This document shows positions 1-9,846 of a DNA stretch of 64,000 bases, piece after piece. Origin of the DNA: a virus (lineage: Duplodnaviria; Caudoviricetes). Position numbers and translations under genes: made by a program. Each line of letters begins with the position of its first letter. Position 1 is the stretch's first letter. The notes beneath the pieces were generated by a model that saw only the letters and a list, made by a program, of their open reading frames with translations, was not told the origin of the DNA and ran no database searches. The stretch is from positions 32,001 through 96,000 of IMG/VR virus record IMGVR_UViG_3300014590_000001. One strand, written 5' to 3'.

Positions 1-447
1 ACAGAAAAATGGCGAATCGTTTCTCTTCCATCCATTCGAGGCGTGTCTCTCAGTCCTCTTGCGTGTGAAGAGATCGAATTGCCTTTTCCTGTTTTTACGG
101 AGAAGTCGAAAGAAATTGCGAGTACGCAAATTCACTGGCCTCATGGAAGTAGCATTGACGGTTTCTCTTCTCAATGGGGAATCGACCAGAAAGCTGCTGT
201 ATTAAAATATTTTCAAGCGTGGTCTGAATTAATTCAGAACCCGTACACTGGTGGATTCAATCTGCCGTCTGTTTATAAAAAGCGTTTGCAGGTTGCGTTG
301 TTTGATATCAAAGGGCAAGTAATTGCCACCTCAGAAGTTCGTAACGTTTGGCCTATTGGCCCTCAGAGTTTGCAACTGAACGGTACAGGTGGACGAGGAA
401 TGATATCAGTGCAATGGAAGTGTGACGCTCAACGTCTTTTGTTCTAA
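1..447 (+). CDS. Tail tube-like protein (T4 gp19/gp54 fold), 5'-truncated by the window edge
   Basis: Frame is open from base 1 (TEKWRIVSLP...). C-terminal pattern W..LI.NP..G.....YKK.LQVALFD.KG......RNVWP....LQL.....V.W..D is typical of tube-fold proteins. Confidence 0.65.
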   Translation, partial: TEKWRIVSLPSIRGVSLSPLACEEIELPFPVFTEKSKEIASTQIHWPHGSSIDGFSSQWGIDQKAAVLKYFQAWSELIQNPYTGGFNLPSVYKKRLQVALFDIKGQVIATSEVRNVWPIGPQSLQLNGTGGRGMISVQWKCDAQRLLF

Positions 448-456
448 AGGAAATCT

Positions 457-1140
457 ATGGAAATCATCACGCGCAGTCTCCCTTCTACCGGATGGAAATC
501 TGGTTTGCCAGCTAGTTTTGATATGCGTCCTTTCGGCGGTAAAGAATCAATCTACATTGCCGAAGCAATCGAACAAAACAGTTTGGCACCGATTCTTCTC
601 AAAGCACTTCCGAACGTGCTTTCAATTCCTATTGATATGCTTTCAATTCAGGATGCTTATGCGTTAGTGTTTCAGCAACGCATGATGATCGAAGACTCTC
701 CTTTGAATGTTCCGTGGCTGTGCGTTCAACCGCTTTTTGAATTTGCGGATGGCGTGTTTCAGGAACCGCGCGATGATGAAATTCCATTAAATACTTTCCC
801 GTGCGAATCGCATAACATCGGCACAATTTCAGAAGAAGCAGTTACGATCCTAACTCTTACTGCTGCCTCTGATGAATTCGATCTGCCTCGCATGATTAAC
901 TACGAAGCTGCACACGAAAGTCGCTTCAACTGGTTTGTTGCGCATATGGGCGTTCACTTTGATCGCAACTACGCAATTTTAGAACAGCAAAAAGATTTGA
1001 AACTTTGGATGCGTTTAACGGAATGGGTAGCCGGTTGCGTTCACGGTATCCCTCGCGATATTACGCTTCATTGTCCAACGTGCCGACGCGAAAGCACTCG
1101 CACTTGGGAAATGCTGCCGAAGATTTTCGATAATGCTTGA
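457..1140 (+). CDS. Putative baseplate hub assembly chaperone (gp26-like) with a CxxC motif
   Basis: N-terminal LPSTG..FDMRPF and C-terminal CPTC. Located between the tube-like and tape-measure-like genes. Confidence 0.5.
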   Translation: MEIITRSLPSTGWKSGLPASFDMRPFGGKESIYIAEAIEQNSLAPILLKALPNVLSIPIDMLSIQDAYALVFQQRMMIEDSPLNVPWLCVQPLFEFADGVFQEPRDDEIPLNTFPCESHNIGTISEEAVTILTLTAASDEFDLPRMINYEAAHESRFNWFVAHMGVHFDRNYAILEQQKDLKLWMRLTEWVAGCVHGIPRDITLHCPTCRRESTRTWEMLPKIFDNA

Positions 1141-1978
1141 GATAGCGCTTCCTTCCGGACGTGTTGATGTGCGTATTGAAAAACAATTCACGGTTGATCA
1201 TATGCCGTCATTGTACAACGCGCAGAAATACGTCCTGCCAGAAATGTTTGTGAAGACTCTACAACATTTCGCGAACGTTGATTTAATGGATATGCTTTTA
1301 GAAGATTTCCGTTACTTCATCTTGATGTTTGAAAAAAGTAGTTGGCCTGAAAGTCACCGCATTTATGAATGGCGCTGCGTTATGCCATTCTATATTACAG
1401 GTCAAGGTGAACGAGTTTATGATCGACCTTTGCGCAGACGTTCGCGGGAAGTTGAATGCAATAAACTCAACACCGAAGAAGTTTCTCGCCAGCAAATCAA
1501 AGTTTATCCGTGGCGCAATATGCCTGAAGGTTTCAAACATCCTACAGTGCGCCGTTGGGTAGAACATTTTGAACTGGTGGATAAATACGGGAAGGATGCA
1601 GAGGCTGCAATCTGGATCGATAGCGATGCAGACTTAGAAACAACAATTCGAATGTCTTCGCTTTCTGATTTGCGCCGTGCGAAAAAACTTTCATTTCGTA
1701 TTTGTGAAATGGAAACTAAATTCAAGTGCAACCACTGCTTACGTCAGTACACTACTTTGCAGCCGATTGAAATACTCGGTCACTTGAGAACATACAGCGA
1801 TCAATCGTTGATGAATATGTCTCTTGATCTCGCCGCGTCGAATAAAATTTATTTCCCTGACGATGGTGCATTAATGAAACTTCTGTATTGGTACAGTTGC
1901 TACATTAAAGATCGAAATGCTGCGGAAGAAGAACGACGTAAGATCGCTGCGATACGAAGCAGGGGAGGACGACGTTAA
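1133..1978 (+). CDS. Second putative hub/tail assembly chaperone (gp26/gp51-like)
   Basis: N-terminal LPSG and a CNHC motif. Overlaps both neighbours, consistent with translational coupling. Confidence 0.45.
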   Translation: MLEIALPSGRVDVRIEKQFTVDHMPSLYNAQKYVLPEMFVKTLQHFANVDLMDMLLEDFRYFILMFEKSSWPESHRIYEWRCVMPFYITGQGERVYDRPLRRRSREVECNKLNTEEVSRQQIKVYPWRNMPEGFKHPTVRRWVEHFELVDKYGKDAEAAIWIDSDADLETTIRMSSLSDLRRAKKLSFRICEMETKFKCNHCLRQYTTLQPIEILGHLRTYSDQSLMNMSLDLAASNKIYFPDDGALMKLLYWYSCYIKDRNAAEEERRKIAAIRSRGGRR

Positions 1979-4689
1979 TGGACGCAACCATGCTTTCGGA
2001 CGAACAACTTTCTGCGCTTGAATTAATGATGACTCATGCAGATGAAGCTCATATTCTTGCGCAGGGTGCTCCGAAAAGAAAACGCAAACAAAAAACTCTT
2101 GCTGAAATGTTCCCTGATGGTTTCCATTACGAAGAGGAATACGTAGGTACAGGATCACGCGCTGCTAACAGAGAAATGAAAGCTCGCAAAGCTGAAAAAG
2201 CTGCGAAGCCTGATAATCGTGAAGTTGTTAAAGCGCTTGAAACTGCGTTCGCTGAACAGAGTGACGACAACGACAATATTGTTCGTTCTGTACGAGAAGG
2301 AACTGAAACAACTAAAGACGTTGCTAAAACATTGGCTGATTGGTTGAAGTGGTCGAAAGATCGTGCATTCCGTGAAGATCACAAAGCTGTTACGGAAGAC
2401 TCAATTAGCCCTCCAACTACACCACGCTCTCGCAGGGTAAATAGTGATGCTGCGGATGATGTTGATGATTCAAATGATTTCGAAGACGCGACTGATCGCA
2501 ACGGTCGGAGAACTCGTCGCCGTAGGAAAACTCGCGGTAGACCTCGCTCTCGCCTCCGTGCGCGAGTCAGAAAATTTGGACGAAGCAAGTTAGGAAAAAT
2601 TGCAGGACTTGCTGTATTGGCTGGCGCAGGTTTGGGATTTTCATCTTGGTTGAAAGATGATACCAGTGAGAATCTTGAAAAAGATTCCGATGAAGCGCCT
2701 GAAGTTTCTGAAACTGAAAACGTTAATGCTCCACAAGAGGCAAAAGAAACTGGAAGTGAAACCCCACGCGTTGCAAATACTGTTCCTCTAACTCCCGAAC
2801 AGCAACAAGCAAAAGAAGAATCGCAAGCTAAACAGGATGCTGCTTGGGATGTGGGAACAACTGGTGCTCTGTTGCTTGGTGGTGCGAAACGTATTCCGTT
2901 TGTTGGTGCTGCTGTTTCTGCTGCTGATGGAATATATCAGGCTAAGAAAATAAACGACGATGACACGTTAACGCCGGAAGAGAAAAAGAAAGCGCAAGTT
3001 ACGAACGGTGTAACTACTGCGGGATCTGCAACTGGTGCAACTGTTGGTGCGTGGGCTGGTGGCATTCTCGGTAGTATTGTTCCTGGGGCTGGTACTGCAA
3101 TTGGTGCGACTCTAGGCGGTTTGCTTGGCGGTTATCTTGGTGACAAAATAGGTGAATTTGTTGCAGAGAAAATCACTAACGAAACTGATAGCGCTGTCGA
3201 AGAAGATCGCAAACGTCGTGAGCAAGAAGATGCTAAAGCGGCATTGATTGATAACCCTGTTGCGTCAAAATATTCTGCGCCGATCTTTATGCCTCTCGCA
3301 CTTGGCGGTGCTAGTCCAACGGGTGCTGCTGCGGGATTCAATTATGGTTGGGGAGGTGGCGGCCCTGCTCGTTATCCTGGCCAAACTTCTCAACGTGCTA
3401 ACGATATCGCGAAGAAAGTTTTAAGTAGCGAAAAAATTGGCGGCGTGTCTGAACAGTTTGAATCTGGTGGTCGCGGCGTAGGAACTGTAAGTAGTGGCGC
3501 AGGTGATTACGGCGGCGTGAGTTACGGTAAACATCAACTTGCTTCTGCAAACGGAAGTATGGCGCAATTTCTTGCATCGCCTGAAGCGAAAAATGTTGCT
3601 GCTGATTTTAATGGATTAACCCCAGGCACTGCGCAATTCAACGAGCGTTACAGAGAAGTTGCTGGCACTCGTTCGAAAGAAATGGAAGACGCGCAATATC
3701 AATATCTGGTTCGTACACACTACGCGCCAACTGCGGAGAAACTTGAAAAGAATCTCGGCATTGATATGGATAAGAAAGGCCGTGCATTTAAAGAAATGGT
3801 TTACTCCACTTCTATGCAGTACGGCGGTAATGCTGCTTCGAAAATCCAACGTGCGCTTAATGGGAAAGACATTAACAGCATGACGGAAGAAGAAATGATT
3901 GAGGCCGTTCAGAAAGATAAGTATGCGAACGTGCAAAATGATTTCCGTAGCAGTAGCCCACAAGTACAGCAAGGCGTTGCTGCGCGTACTCTGAAGGAAA
4001 TGGAAGTTCTGCGTGAAGTTGCGAAGAACAACAAGGAACCGGAAACAAAACCTGTTGAGCAATCTCAGCCAAATGTTCCGCTCAATAACAGCGAAATGCT
4101 GGCAGTTAAAACTGAAGGGAAAGAAACAGAATATGTTATTCCTGAAGGTGCGCTTGCTAAACAGAAAGAAAAGCTCGATGCTGCTCTTACTCCGGAAAAA
4201 GCTCCTGTTGAGAAGTCGTTCGAGAAGAAAAGTGTTCCAGAGAAAGAAGCTGAACTTGCGGAACTTCGTGAGCAAAAAGATTTCATGGAACGCAAAGTTG
4301 CTTATATCAAAGCGCATCCGGAAATTACTCGCGCTGATGATAAAAAAGTTAACGAAATTATTCGCGAACAGAAACGTAGAGAAGCTGTTCCTGATGTTCA
4401 GTCTGTTGGCGGTGAAACTCCTGCTCGTTCAGAATCACTTGCAGTTAAAGAGCAAGCGGCTCCGAATATTGAACGCGTTAAACCTCTTGAAGAACTTCCT
4501 GCTCCTACTCAAGTTGAACAGGTTCAGACTGCGCAAAACACTTCGGAAAGTTCTGGCGGTGCTTCAATGCCGAAAGGATCTGCGCGAAGTGTTCCATCTT
4601 CGTCTGGTGGGAAAACTCCTTCACTCGATGATATTCCAGTTATTCTGGACGATCCGATGCTCAACATGATTAACATAGGGTACGTCTAA
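1978..4689 (+). CDS. Tape-measure/hub-like protein with glycine-zipper segments and a VgrG3-type lysozyme-like domain
   Basis: 903 aa. Hydrophobic GxxxG repeats. Motif FESGGRGVGTVSSGAGDYGGVSYGKHQL, with the domain at about 3436-4026. Confidence 0.7.
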   Translation: MDATMLSDEQLSALELMMTHADEAHILAQGAPKRKRKQKTLAEMFPDGFHYEEEYVGTGSRAANREMKARKAEKAAKPDNREVVKALETAFAEQSDDNDNIVRSVREGTETTKDVAKTLADWLKWSKDRAFREDHKAVTEDSISPPTTPRSRRVNSDAADDVDDSNDFEDATDRNGRRTRRRRKTRGRPRSRLRARVRKFGRSKLGKIAGLAVLAGAGLGFSSWLKDDTSENLEKDSDEAPEVSETENVNAPQEAKETGSETPRVANTVPLTPEQQQAKEESQAKQDAAWDVGTTGALLLGGAKRIPFVGAAVSAADGIYQAKKINDDDTLTPEEKKKAQVTNGVTTAGSATGATVGAWAGGILGSIVPGAGTAIGATLGGLLGGYLGDKIGEFVAEKITNETDSAVEEDRKRREQEDAKAALIDNPVASKYSAPIFMPLALGGASPTGAAAGFNYGWGGGGPARYPGQTSQRANDIAKKVLSSEKIGGVSEQFESGGRGVGTVSSGAGDYGGVSYGKHQLASANGSMAQFLASPEAKNVAADFNGLTPGTAQFNERYREVAGTRSKEMEDAQYQYLVRTHYAPTAEKLEKNLGIDMDKKGRAFKEMVYSTSMQYGGNAASKIQRALNGKDINSMTEEEMIEAVQKDKYANVQNDFRSSSPQVQQGVAARTLKEMEVLREVAKNNKEPETKPVEQSQPNVPLNNSEMLAVKTEGKETEYVIPEGALAKQKEKLDAALTPEKAPVEKSFEKKSVPEKEAELAELREQKDFMERKVAYIKAHPEITRADDKKVNEIIREQKRREAVPDVQSVGGETPARSESLAVKEQAAPNIERVKPLEELPAPTQVEQVQTAQNTSESSGGASMPKGSARSVPSSSGGKTPSLDDIPVILDDPMLNMINIGYV

Positions 4690-5510
4690 TGGCTAACTAC
4701 TTAATGAAATCGGACGGGGCGGCTCCTGCTGCTCCGGCGGGAGGTTCCAGTAAGGAAAACTTTATTGATGTAGACAATATGTATAAATTGCGTCTATACA
4801 ATAAATCTGGTTCCATTAAATTTGAAGGTTATATTCCTCCTGATTTTTCTTTCGCTCTCAATTCAAACTGGACTGCGCCTTTTGAAAACACAACTTTGAA
4901 CAACATTGCTCAGGATGGTATTAAGCATGTGTGGAATGGTGTGGGTGCGAAAGGCGCACGGGCGGGTGACATTCTGCAATCGGGCATGACGATGGGCGGT
5001 GGATCAACTTTCATGAAAGCGCTGTCTGCTAGAAAGTGGGCTGGCCCAAGTTTCTTTGAGATTGATTTGCCAATCTTCGTCGATGCTTACACTGACACAA
5101 AAAAGGAAGTCATAGATAACATCATTGCACTTCTAAGTTTGTGTGCTCCTTCAGAAAAAGGCGGTTTGATTATTCCTCCTGGGCCAGCGCCAATTGATCA
5201 GGTTGCAAACTCTCTTATCGGAAGCGCAGGGCAGATTGTAAATGCTTCACCTGATTGGCTCGCGGGTAAATTGAAAGATATAGATTACGAGAAACTTGCG
5301 GTTGATGATGCTGAAAGTTTCATTGTTGAGATTGGTAACTTCTTTAAGATGACTCCTGCTATTATTGACAGCGTAAGCGCAAACTTTGATAACGTGTGGG
5401 AAGATGGCTCAGGAAACCCAATCTCTGTAGATTTCGTTTTACGTGTTTCGTCTTACTTCGCTGTAACGCGTGAGGATCTAAGAAAATGGTTCAAACAACC
5501 GGCGGCATAG
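4689..5510 (+). CDS. Baseplate tail-tube junction/cap protein (gp48-like)
   Basis: Follows the tape-measure-like gene. Motifs W.GP.F.EIDL and IIDSVSANFD..G.PISVDF.L. Confidence 0.5.
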   Translation: MANYLMKSDGAAPAAPAGGSSKENFIDVDNMYKLRLYNKSGSIKFEGYIPPDFSFALNSNWTAPFENTTLNNIAQDGIKHVWNGVGAKGARAGDILQSGMTMGGGSTFMKALSARKWAGPSFFEIDLPIFVDAYTDTKKEVIDNIIALLSLCAPSEKGGLIIPPGPAPIDQVANSLIGSAGQIVNASPDWLAGKLKDIDYEKLAVDDAESFIVEIGNFFKMTPAIIDSVSANFDNVWEDGSGNPISVDFVLRVSSYFAVTREDLRKWFKQPAA

Positions 5511-5776
5511 ATAAGTTTGGTTTAGATCCTTTAACTCAACCGATTTTCGAAGATGTAGATAATTCCAATTCTGTAAATGTTTTAATAGATGCAGGTCTTG
5601 AGGGTAATCCTCAGATGGTATCGCATAAACAGTTTGGAACTAATGCGTACTGGCGGCATATTTTGATTGCGAATGGATTGTTTCATCCCAGCCAATTGCT
5701 TGCAGGAATGACGATTCAAATTCCTATCAAACGGCCTGTGCTGCCTACCAAGAAAATCAAGAGGACAACAATCTAA
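5486..5776 (+). CDS. Baseplate wedge gp53/LysM-like protein
   Basis: Motif VSHKQFGTNAYWRHILIANGLFHPSQLLAGMTIQIP. Confidence 0.7.
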   Translation: MVQTTGGIDKFGLDPLTQPIFEDVDNSNSVNVLIDAGLEGNPQMVSHKQFGTNAYWRHILIANGLFHPSQLLAGMTIQIPIKRPVLPTKKIKRTTI

Positions 5777-6186
5777 TGCCAATCGTAAACGGAAAGATCA
5801 TTCGCGATAAGCCGAAGAAAAAGAAAGGTCTTATCGAAGAACAAAAAGAGAAAGCTACCAAACGCTTGCGCGACAAGGCTCTCGGTAAGAAAGAAAAGGA
5901 ACCGAAAAAAGTTTCGAAACTTCTCAAGGCAGAGAAAGAAGAGAAGCCTAAGAAAAAGAAATCCAAATCTAAGGATGAAGATTTCATTCGCACTGGCGAT
6001 AACTCTGGTCTGCGTATCGAACTTTCCGAATACAATGGCAAGCAAGTTGTTGCCGTCCGTAAACTGTACTGCACCAAAGCCGATCCGGAAATGAAGGTTG
6101 GCTCTGGTGGTTTCAACTTGCCTCAAGATAAGAAAGTTTTGAAAGCTCTTATCACGCAGTTGCAGGAAGTTTGCGATAGTTTGTAA
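5776..6186 (+). CDS. PC4/p15-like ssDNA-binding protein with a Lys-rich N-terminus
   Basis: LRIELSEYNGKQVVAVRKLY...EMKVGSGGFNL matches the PC4 pattern. Confidence 0.7.
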   Translation: MPIVNGKIIRDKPKKKKGLIEEQKEKATKRLRDKALGKKEKEPKKVSKLLKAEKEEKPKKKKSKSKDEDFIRTGDNSGLRIELSEYNGKQVVAVRKLYCTKADPEMKVGSGGFNLPQDKKVLKALITQLQEVCDSL

Positions 6187-6193
6187 TTGCATG

Positions 6194-6216
6194 AGGCAGA
6201 TTAATTCTGCCTTTTT
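6194..6216 (+). terminator. Rho-independent terminator
   Basis: AGGCAGA-ttaat-TCTGCCT followed by TTTT. Confidence 0.7.
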
Positions 6217-6248
6217 GCGTTTCTATCGGAATTTTGTAGGAGTCATTT

Positions 6249-8132
6249 ATGGCTGGCGATTCTATTGGCGGCATTCAGGGGCAAGGTTATCTTTCGTTGA
6301 TGATCGACGGCAAATCATTGCCTCCTTCTCCTGGGTTAGTTCGTTCCATTGATGTTTTGGAAAATACTTTTTCTGTTCCTGCTGCGGTAATGGTTTTTGC
6401 AGACAGAAACAATGCGCTGCGTGATAAGTTCGCTATCGTGGATGGAACTCAAATCACCATTACGATGGGCGCAACTTCTGAAAATTTAGATACCGTTACG
6501 TTCTCAACGATTGGCGTTCGCGAATTCGACGAGGGCGGTATGCGAATGCTGCGCGTTGTAGGATCAATCAACACTCCAAAATATTTGTATGACACGGCAG
6601 GTTTTTCTGTGCGCGGTACAAGTATTCAGGCGCTACAAAAAATTTGTGATCAGTGTGCGCTAACTTTGGATAGCAATGTCCAAACCGATGACAGTATGTT
6701 GTGGTTATCCGCAACTCAAAGCCCTAAACGTTTCTCCCACGAAATCGAACAGCATATGTGGATTAACGAAGAGGCGTTGCCGAAAGTTGTTGTGACTGCT
6801 GACCATCGAATGATCGTTCGTGATATTAACGAAGAACTCACGAAAGATCCGAAGTATGTTTTCTGCTTCAACGTACAACACGAAAAAGGTCAATTGCCTA
6901 TCACTGAATTTCGTCCGAAGTCTGTTAGCGGCGTAATGAATGGTGTGAGTAACTACGGTGATCGTTTACTGTGGACAAGCTCGGACGGCAAGACTAACGA
7001 ATTGAAGGGCGTAACGGTCAAAGGAAAAGATCCGTTAAACGTGAATAGTGATATTCGTGAAGGTATTGTTGGAACTCGTCAGGCATACGCTAGACCGACC
7101 AACGATATAAACCTGCACAAAAATTTCCAGCAAGCATATTACAACTGGAAGCGTCAAAACATGGCGTATACCGAAACCGCTCGCGCTCTGTATGTTGGCG
7201 GCGTTTCCGGAATTGATTTGCTTTCGTGCGTAGAAGTTAAATCGTGCTTCCCTATGCGCGATGGCGCAGGAAATATGGATTACAAAACTTCCGGTAACTG
7301 GATCGTCATTGGACGTACAAAGAGTTATCGCAACAACACGTATTGCGAAAGTTTCCTGCTCGCTCGTAACTTCACGCCAGTAAAAGGCGATACGAATATC
7401 GGCGGCGGCAAAAACATTCTGAACGTGCCAGTAAGTACCGTTGCAAATATCTTGCGCCCATTCCAGATTAACGGAAACATTACTCAGGCGCTCGATGGCA
7501 GTAGCATGATTGATAAGATTTTCACTAACCACGAACTGCGTCTGAACGTAATGATGGATCAGTTTAAAATGGATAGTGATATGTTCAGCTTCCCTGAACT
7601 CGCAGAAAAATATGGCGAGGGTGCTGATTTTCTTAATTCATTAATGCAAGAATTTAATATGGCGCGATTCCTTACTGGTATTTGTGACGGATTAAATCAA
7701 CTGCACAAACTGTCTATTAACATGGCGATTGACTTCGGGCCAACTATTCTTAGCGCTCTTGCGGGGCGTATGGATGCAATGGAAGGAATGCTCGGAGGAT
7801 TCACAAACGATATTAACAGACTGATTGCGAGCGGTGATATTCCCGATTACTACATGGGTGGCCCACAATTCTCTCAGAGTTGTGTAAGTAATAAACTGGA
7901 AGATTTGCAGCGCATGGTGAAAGATGAATTGCCTGATAAATGTTTGGATGCAAGTTCTATTTCTAAACTGTTTGGCCCTTCAACAAATCTTTCTCAACTG
8001 TTGCGTCAGACTGAAGAGAATCTGCGAAACCTTTTATGTAGCATGGGCGACGGCACCGTTGATGGCTCTAGTAAGTTCGGCGCACCTAACGGACAGAAAC
8101 TTTCAATGTATATGCCTGGGGTACAGTCATGA
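6249..8132 (+). CDS. Baseplate hub protein (gp27/gpD-like) with a C-terminal helical extension
   Basis: Directly upstream of the gp5-like gene. SGNWIVIGRTKSY hub-type motif. Confidence 0.6.
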   Translation: MAGDSIGGIQGQGYLSLMIDGKSLPPSPGLVRSIDVLENTFSVPAAVMVFADRNNALRDKFAIVDGTQITITMGATSENLDTVTFSTIGVREFDEGGMRMLRVVGSINTPKYLYDTAGFSVRGTSIQALQKICDQCALTLDSNVQTDDSMLWLSATQSPKRFSHEIEQHMWINEEALPKVVVTADHRMIVRDINEELTKDPKYVFCFNVQHEKGQLPITEFRPKSVSGVMNGVSNYGDRLLWTSSDGKTNELKGVTVKGKDPLNVNSDIREGIVGTRQAYARPTNDINLHKNFQQAYYNWKRQNMAYTETARALYVGGVSGIDLLSCVEVKSCFPMRDGAGNMDYKTSGNWIVIGRTKSYRNNTYCESFLLARNFTPVKGDTNIGGGKNILNVPVSTVANILRPFQINGNITQALDGSSMIDKIFTNHELRLNVMMDQFKMDSDMFSFPELAEKYGEGADFLNSLMQEFNMARFLTGICDGLNQLHKLSINMAIDFGPTILSALAGRMDAMEGMLGGFTNDINRLIASGDIPDYYMGGPQFSQSCVSNKLEDLQRMVKDELPDKCLDASSISKLFGPSTNLSQLLRQTEENLRNLLCSMGDGTVDGSSKFGAPNGQKLSMYMPGVQS

Positions 8133-8914
8133 TGAATTTAAATGGTCATGTCGGAAAGAAAGGCATCGACCCAAATATGCGTTACGAAGGAATCGTTGTA
8201 GATAACGGCGATCCAAAACAGATAGGACAAGTTCGCGCACGTATCGCAGGAATCTTTGACGATATTGAAGACAAAGATTTGCCGTGGCTGCGTCCTAACA
8301 TGAAACAAATCGAAGGATGGAAAGGCGGTTCGGACGTTCACGCATTCGGATCTTTTGTTGTGCCTCAACATAATTCGAAAATCACGGTGAAGTTTGAAAC
8401 TGGTGATATGTACTCCGGCGAATACTTTAACGAAGCGCGTCCGACTGAAGCTGATATGTTGCCTGAAGCAAAGGTGAATTATCCTCACCGCATGGTGCAT
8501 CGTTTGAGTAGCGCAACGCAAATGATTATTGACCGCATGACAAAGGAATGTATTTTAATTCACGGCGGCGATTTCCATTTCGTTATTTTTGGTGACGTGA
8601 ACCAAACGATTGTAGGCAACCAACAATTAACGGTGACAGATTCCAAGTCGGATATTCCGGATTACATTCTCAACGATCCAGTTTTGTTGGCTCGCTCTCT
8701 GAAATCGGAACCGCGTAAACGCGTTAAGTTTGCTGGCGCTGCAAAAGGTAGTGCTGGCAATCAGTATACGCTGATTAAAGGAAACCAAACTGTTGAAGTT
8801 CGCGGAAATCGCTCTACAACAATTAAAGGCAATGACACGTTGAAAGTTACAGGTAGCGTTAAGCACGATGCAGGTAATTACAAAGTGAAAGCCGGACGAA
8901 TCGATCTCAACTAA
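8129..8914 (+). CDS. Baseplate central spike (gp5/gpV-like): OB-fold plus beta-helix, no lysozyme domain
   Basis: YEGIVVDNGDPKQIGQVRARI..LPW, then IKGNQT/VRGNRS/IKGNDT repeats, ending IDLN. Confidence 0.85.
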   Translation: MMNLNGHVGKKGIDPNMRYEGIVVDNGDPKQIGQVRARIAGIFDDIEDKDLPWLRPNMKQIEGWKGGSDVHAFGSFVVPQHNSKITVKFETGDMYSGEYFNEARPTEADMLPEAKVNYPHRMVHRLSSATQMIIDRMTKECILIHGGDFHFVIFGDVNQTIVGNQQLTVTDSKSDIPDYILNDPVLLARSLKSEPRKRVKFAGAAKGSAGNQYTLIKGNQTVEVRGNRSTTIKGNDTLKVTGSVKHDAGNYKVKAGRIDLN

Positions 8915-8923
8915 GGAAGCATT

Positions 8924-9550
8924 ATGTACTTTGTTCGTAAACACGCTATGGTTATGTTTGTTGCACAAGCTCGTCTTCAAACAGTGAAAGCAGAAGTCAC
9001 TTTGAAAGGTGCGTCAGATATTGAGATCCATAATCTGTGGGCTGGCATTCAACAATCGCTGATCAATACTGTCTTCTCATTGCCTACTGAAGACGTGGAA
9101 AAAACAGGCGCATATATCGAAACAGATGCACACTCTTTCGTAAGCAACTGCGAAGTGAAGATTATTCCACGCGTCAAACGTCCGGAAAATGCTTCCTGCA
9201 TTTTGTGCTCTCTCGAAGAACATTTCAAAACTGATAAAGTTGATTTGGAATTCTTCGAAGAGAAAAATGATTTGGCGAATGAATACGGTCTGACATATTC
9301 AGCCAGTGTGTTCTGGATTGGCGCAGGTCGAATCCGTCCTAGCGTTCTGTATACCGACAAAGGCGAACTGGACAGGAAAACAATTCTTATCGGACGTGAA
9401 TCTGATATTAACGTGGTGTCCAACAATCATCCGGTGATCGCACATCGTTTCCCTGATGGGAATAACGCGAACGTACAAAACGATCAACTGTGCCGCAATA
9501 TGTTTGTGTTGGATAGCGGCATCGGGGAAACTGGCTATGCTTTTGATTAA
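8924..9550 (+). CDS. Hypothetical protein
   Basis: 208 aa ORF with SD AAGGAAG. Confidence 0.7.
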   Translation: MYFVRKHAMVMFVAQARLQTVKAEVTLKGASDIEIHNLWAGIQQSLINTVFSLPTEDVEKTGAYIETDAHSFVSNCEVKIIPRVKRPENASCILCSLEEHFKTDKVDLEFFEEKNDLANEYGLTYSASVFWIGAGRIRPSVLYTDKGELDRKTILIGRESDINVVSNNHPVIAHRFPDGNNANVQNDQLCRNMFVLDSGIGETGYAFD

Positions 9551-9818
9551 AGTTTTCTGCTGCGAAGAAGTGACAGAAATCCATGCGCGGAATATCTTTG
9601 ATTTGGTTGTGCGTACCACGGCAGCAATGAATATCCCACACGGAAGCCACACACTTATTCTGCGTGGGAAGTTCGCAAATCAGGCAATCAAACAATTCGC
9701 GAAAGTTAACGTGAACTGGTCGCGCAAGAAAACGCGCACTAAGTACGGCGTTGCTATCGGAAAAGAAGTCGTTTCTGCTGGTGTGCAAATACTCTCTTGT
9801 CCGAACTCGCTAATTTGA
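9537..9818 (+). CDS. Hypothetical protein
   Basis: ATG at 9537 overlaps the end of the upstream gene and fills the gap. Confidence 0.5.
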   Translation: MLLIKVFCCEEVTEIHARNIFDLVVRTTAAMNIPHGSHTLILRGKFANQAIKQFAKVNVNWSRKKTRTKYGVAIGKEVVSAGVQILSCPNSLI

Positions 9819-9846
9819 TTAGGACAATTCGAATTAGGAGATAGTC

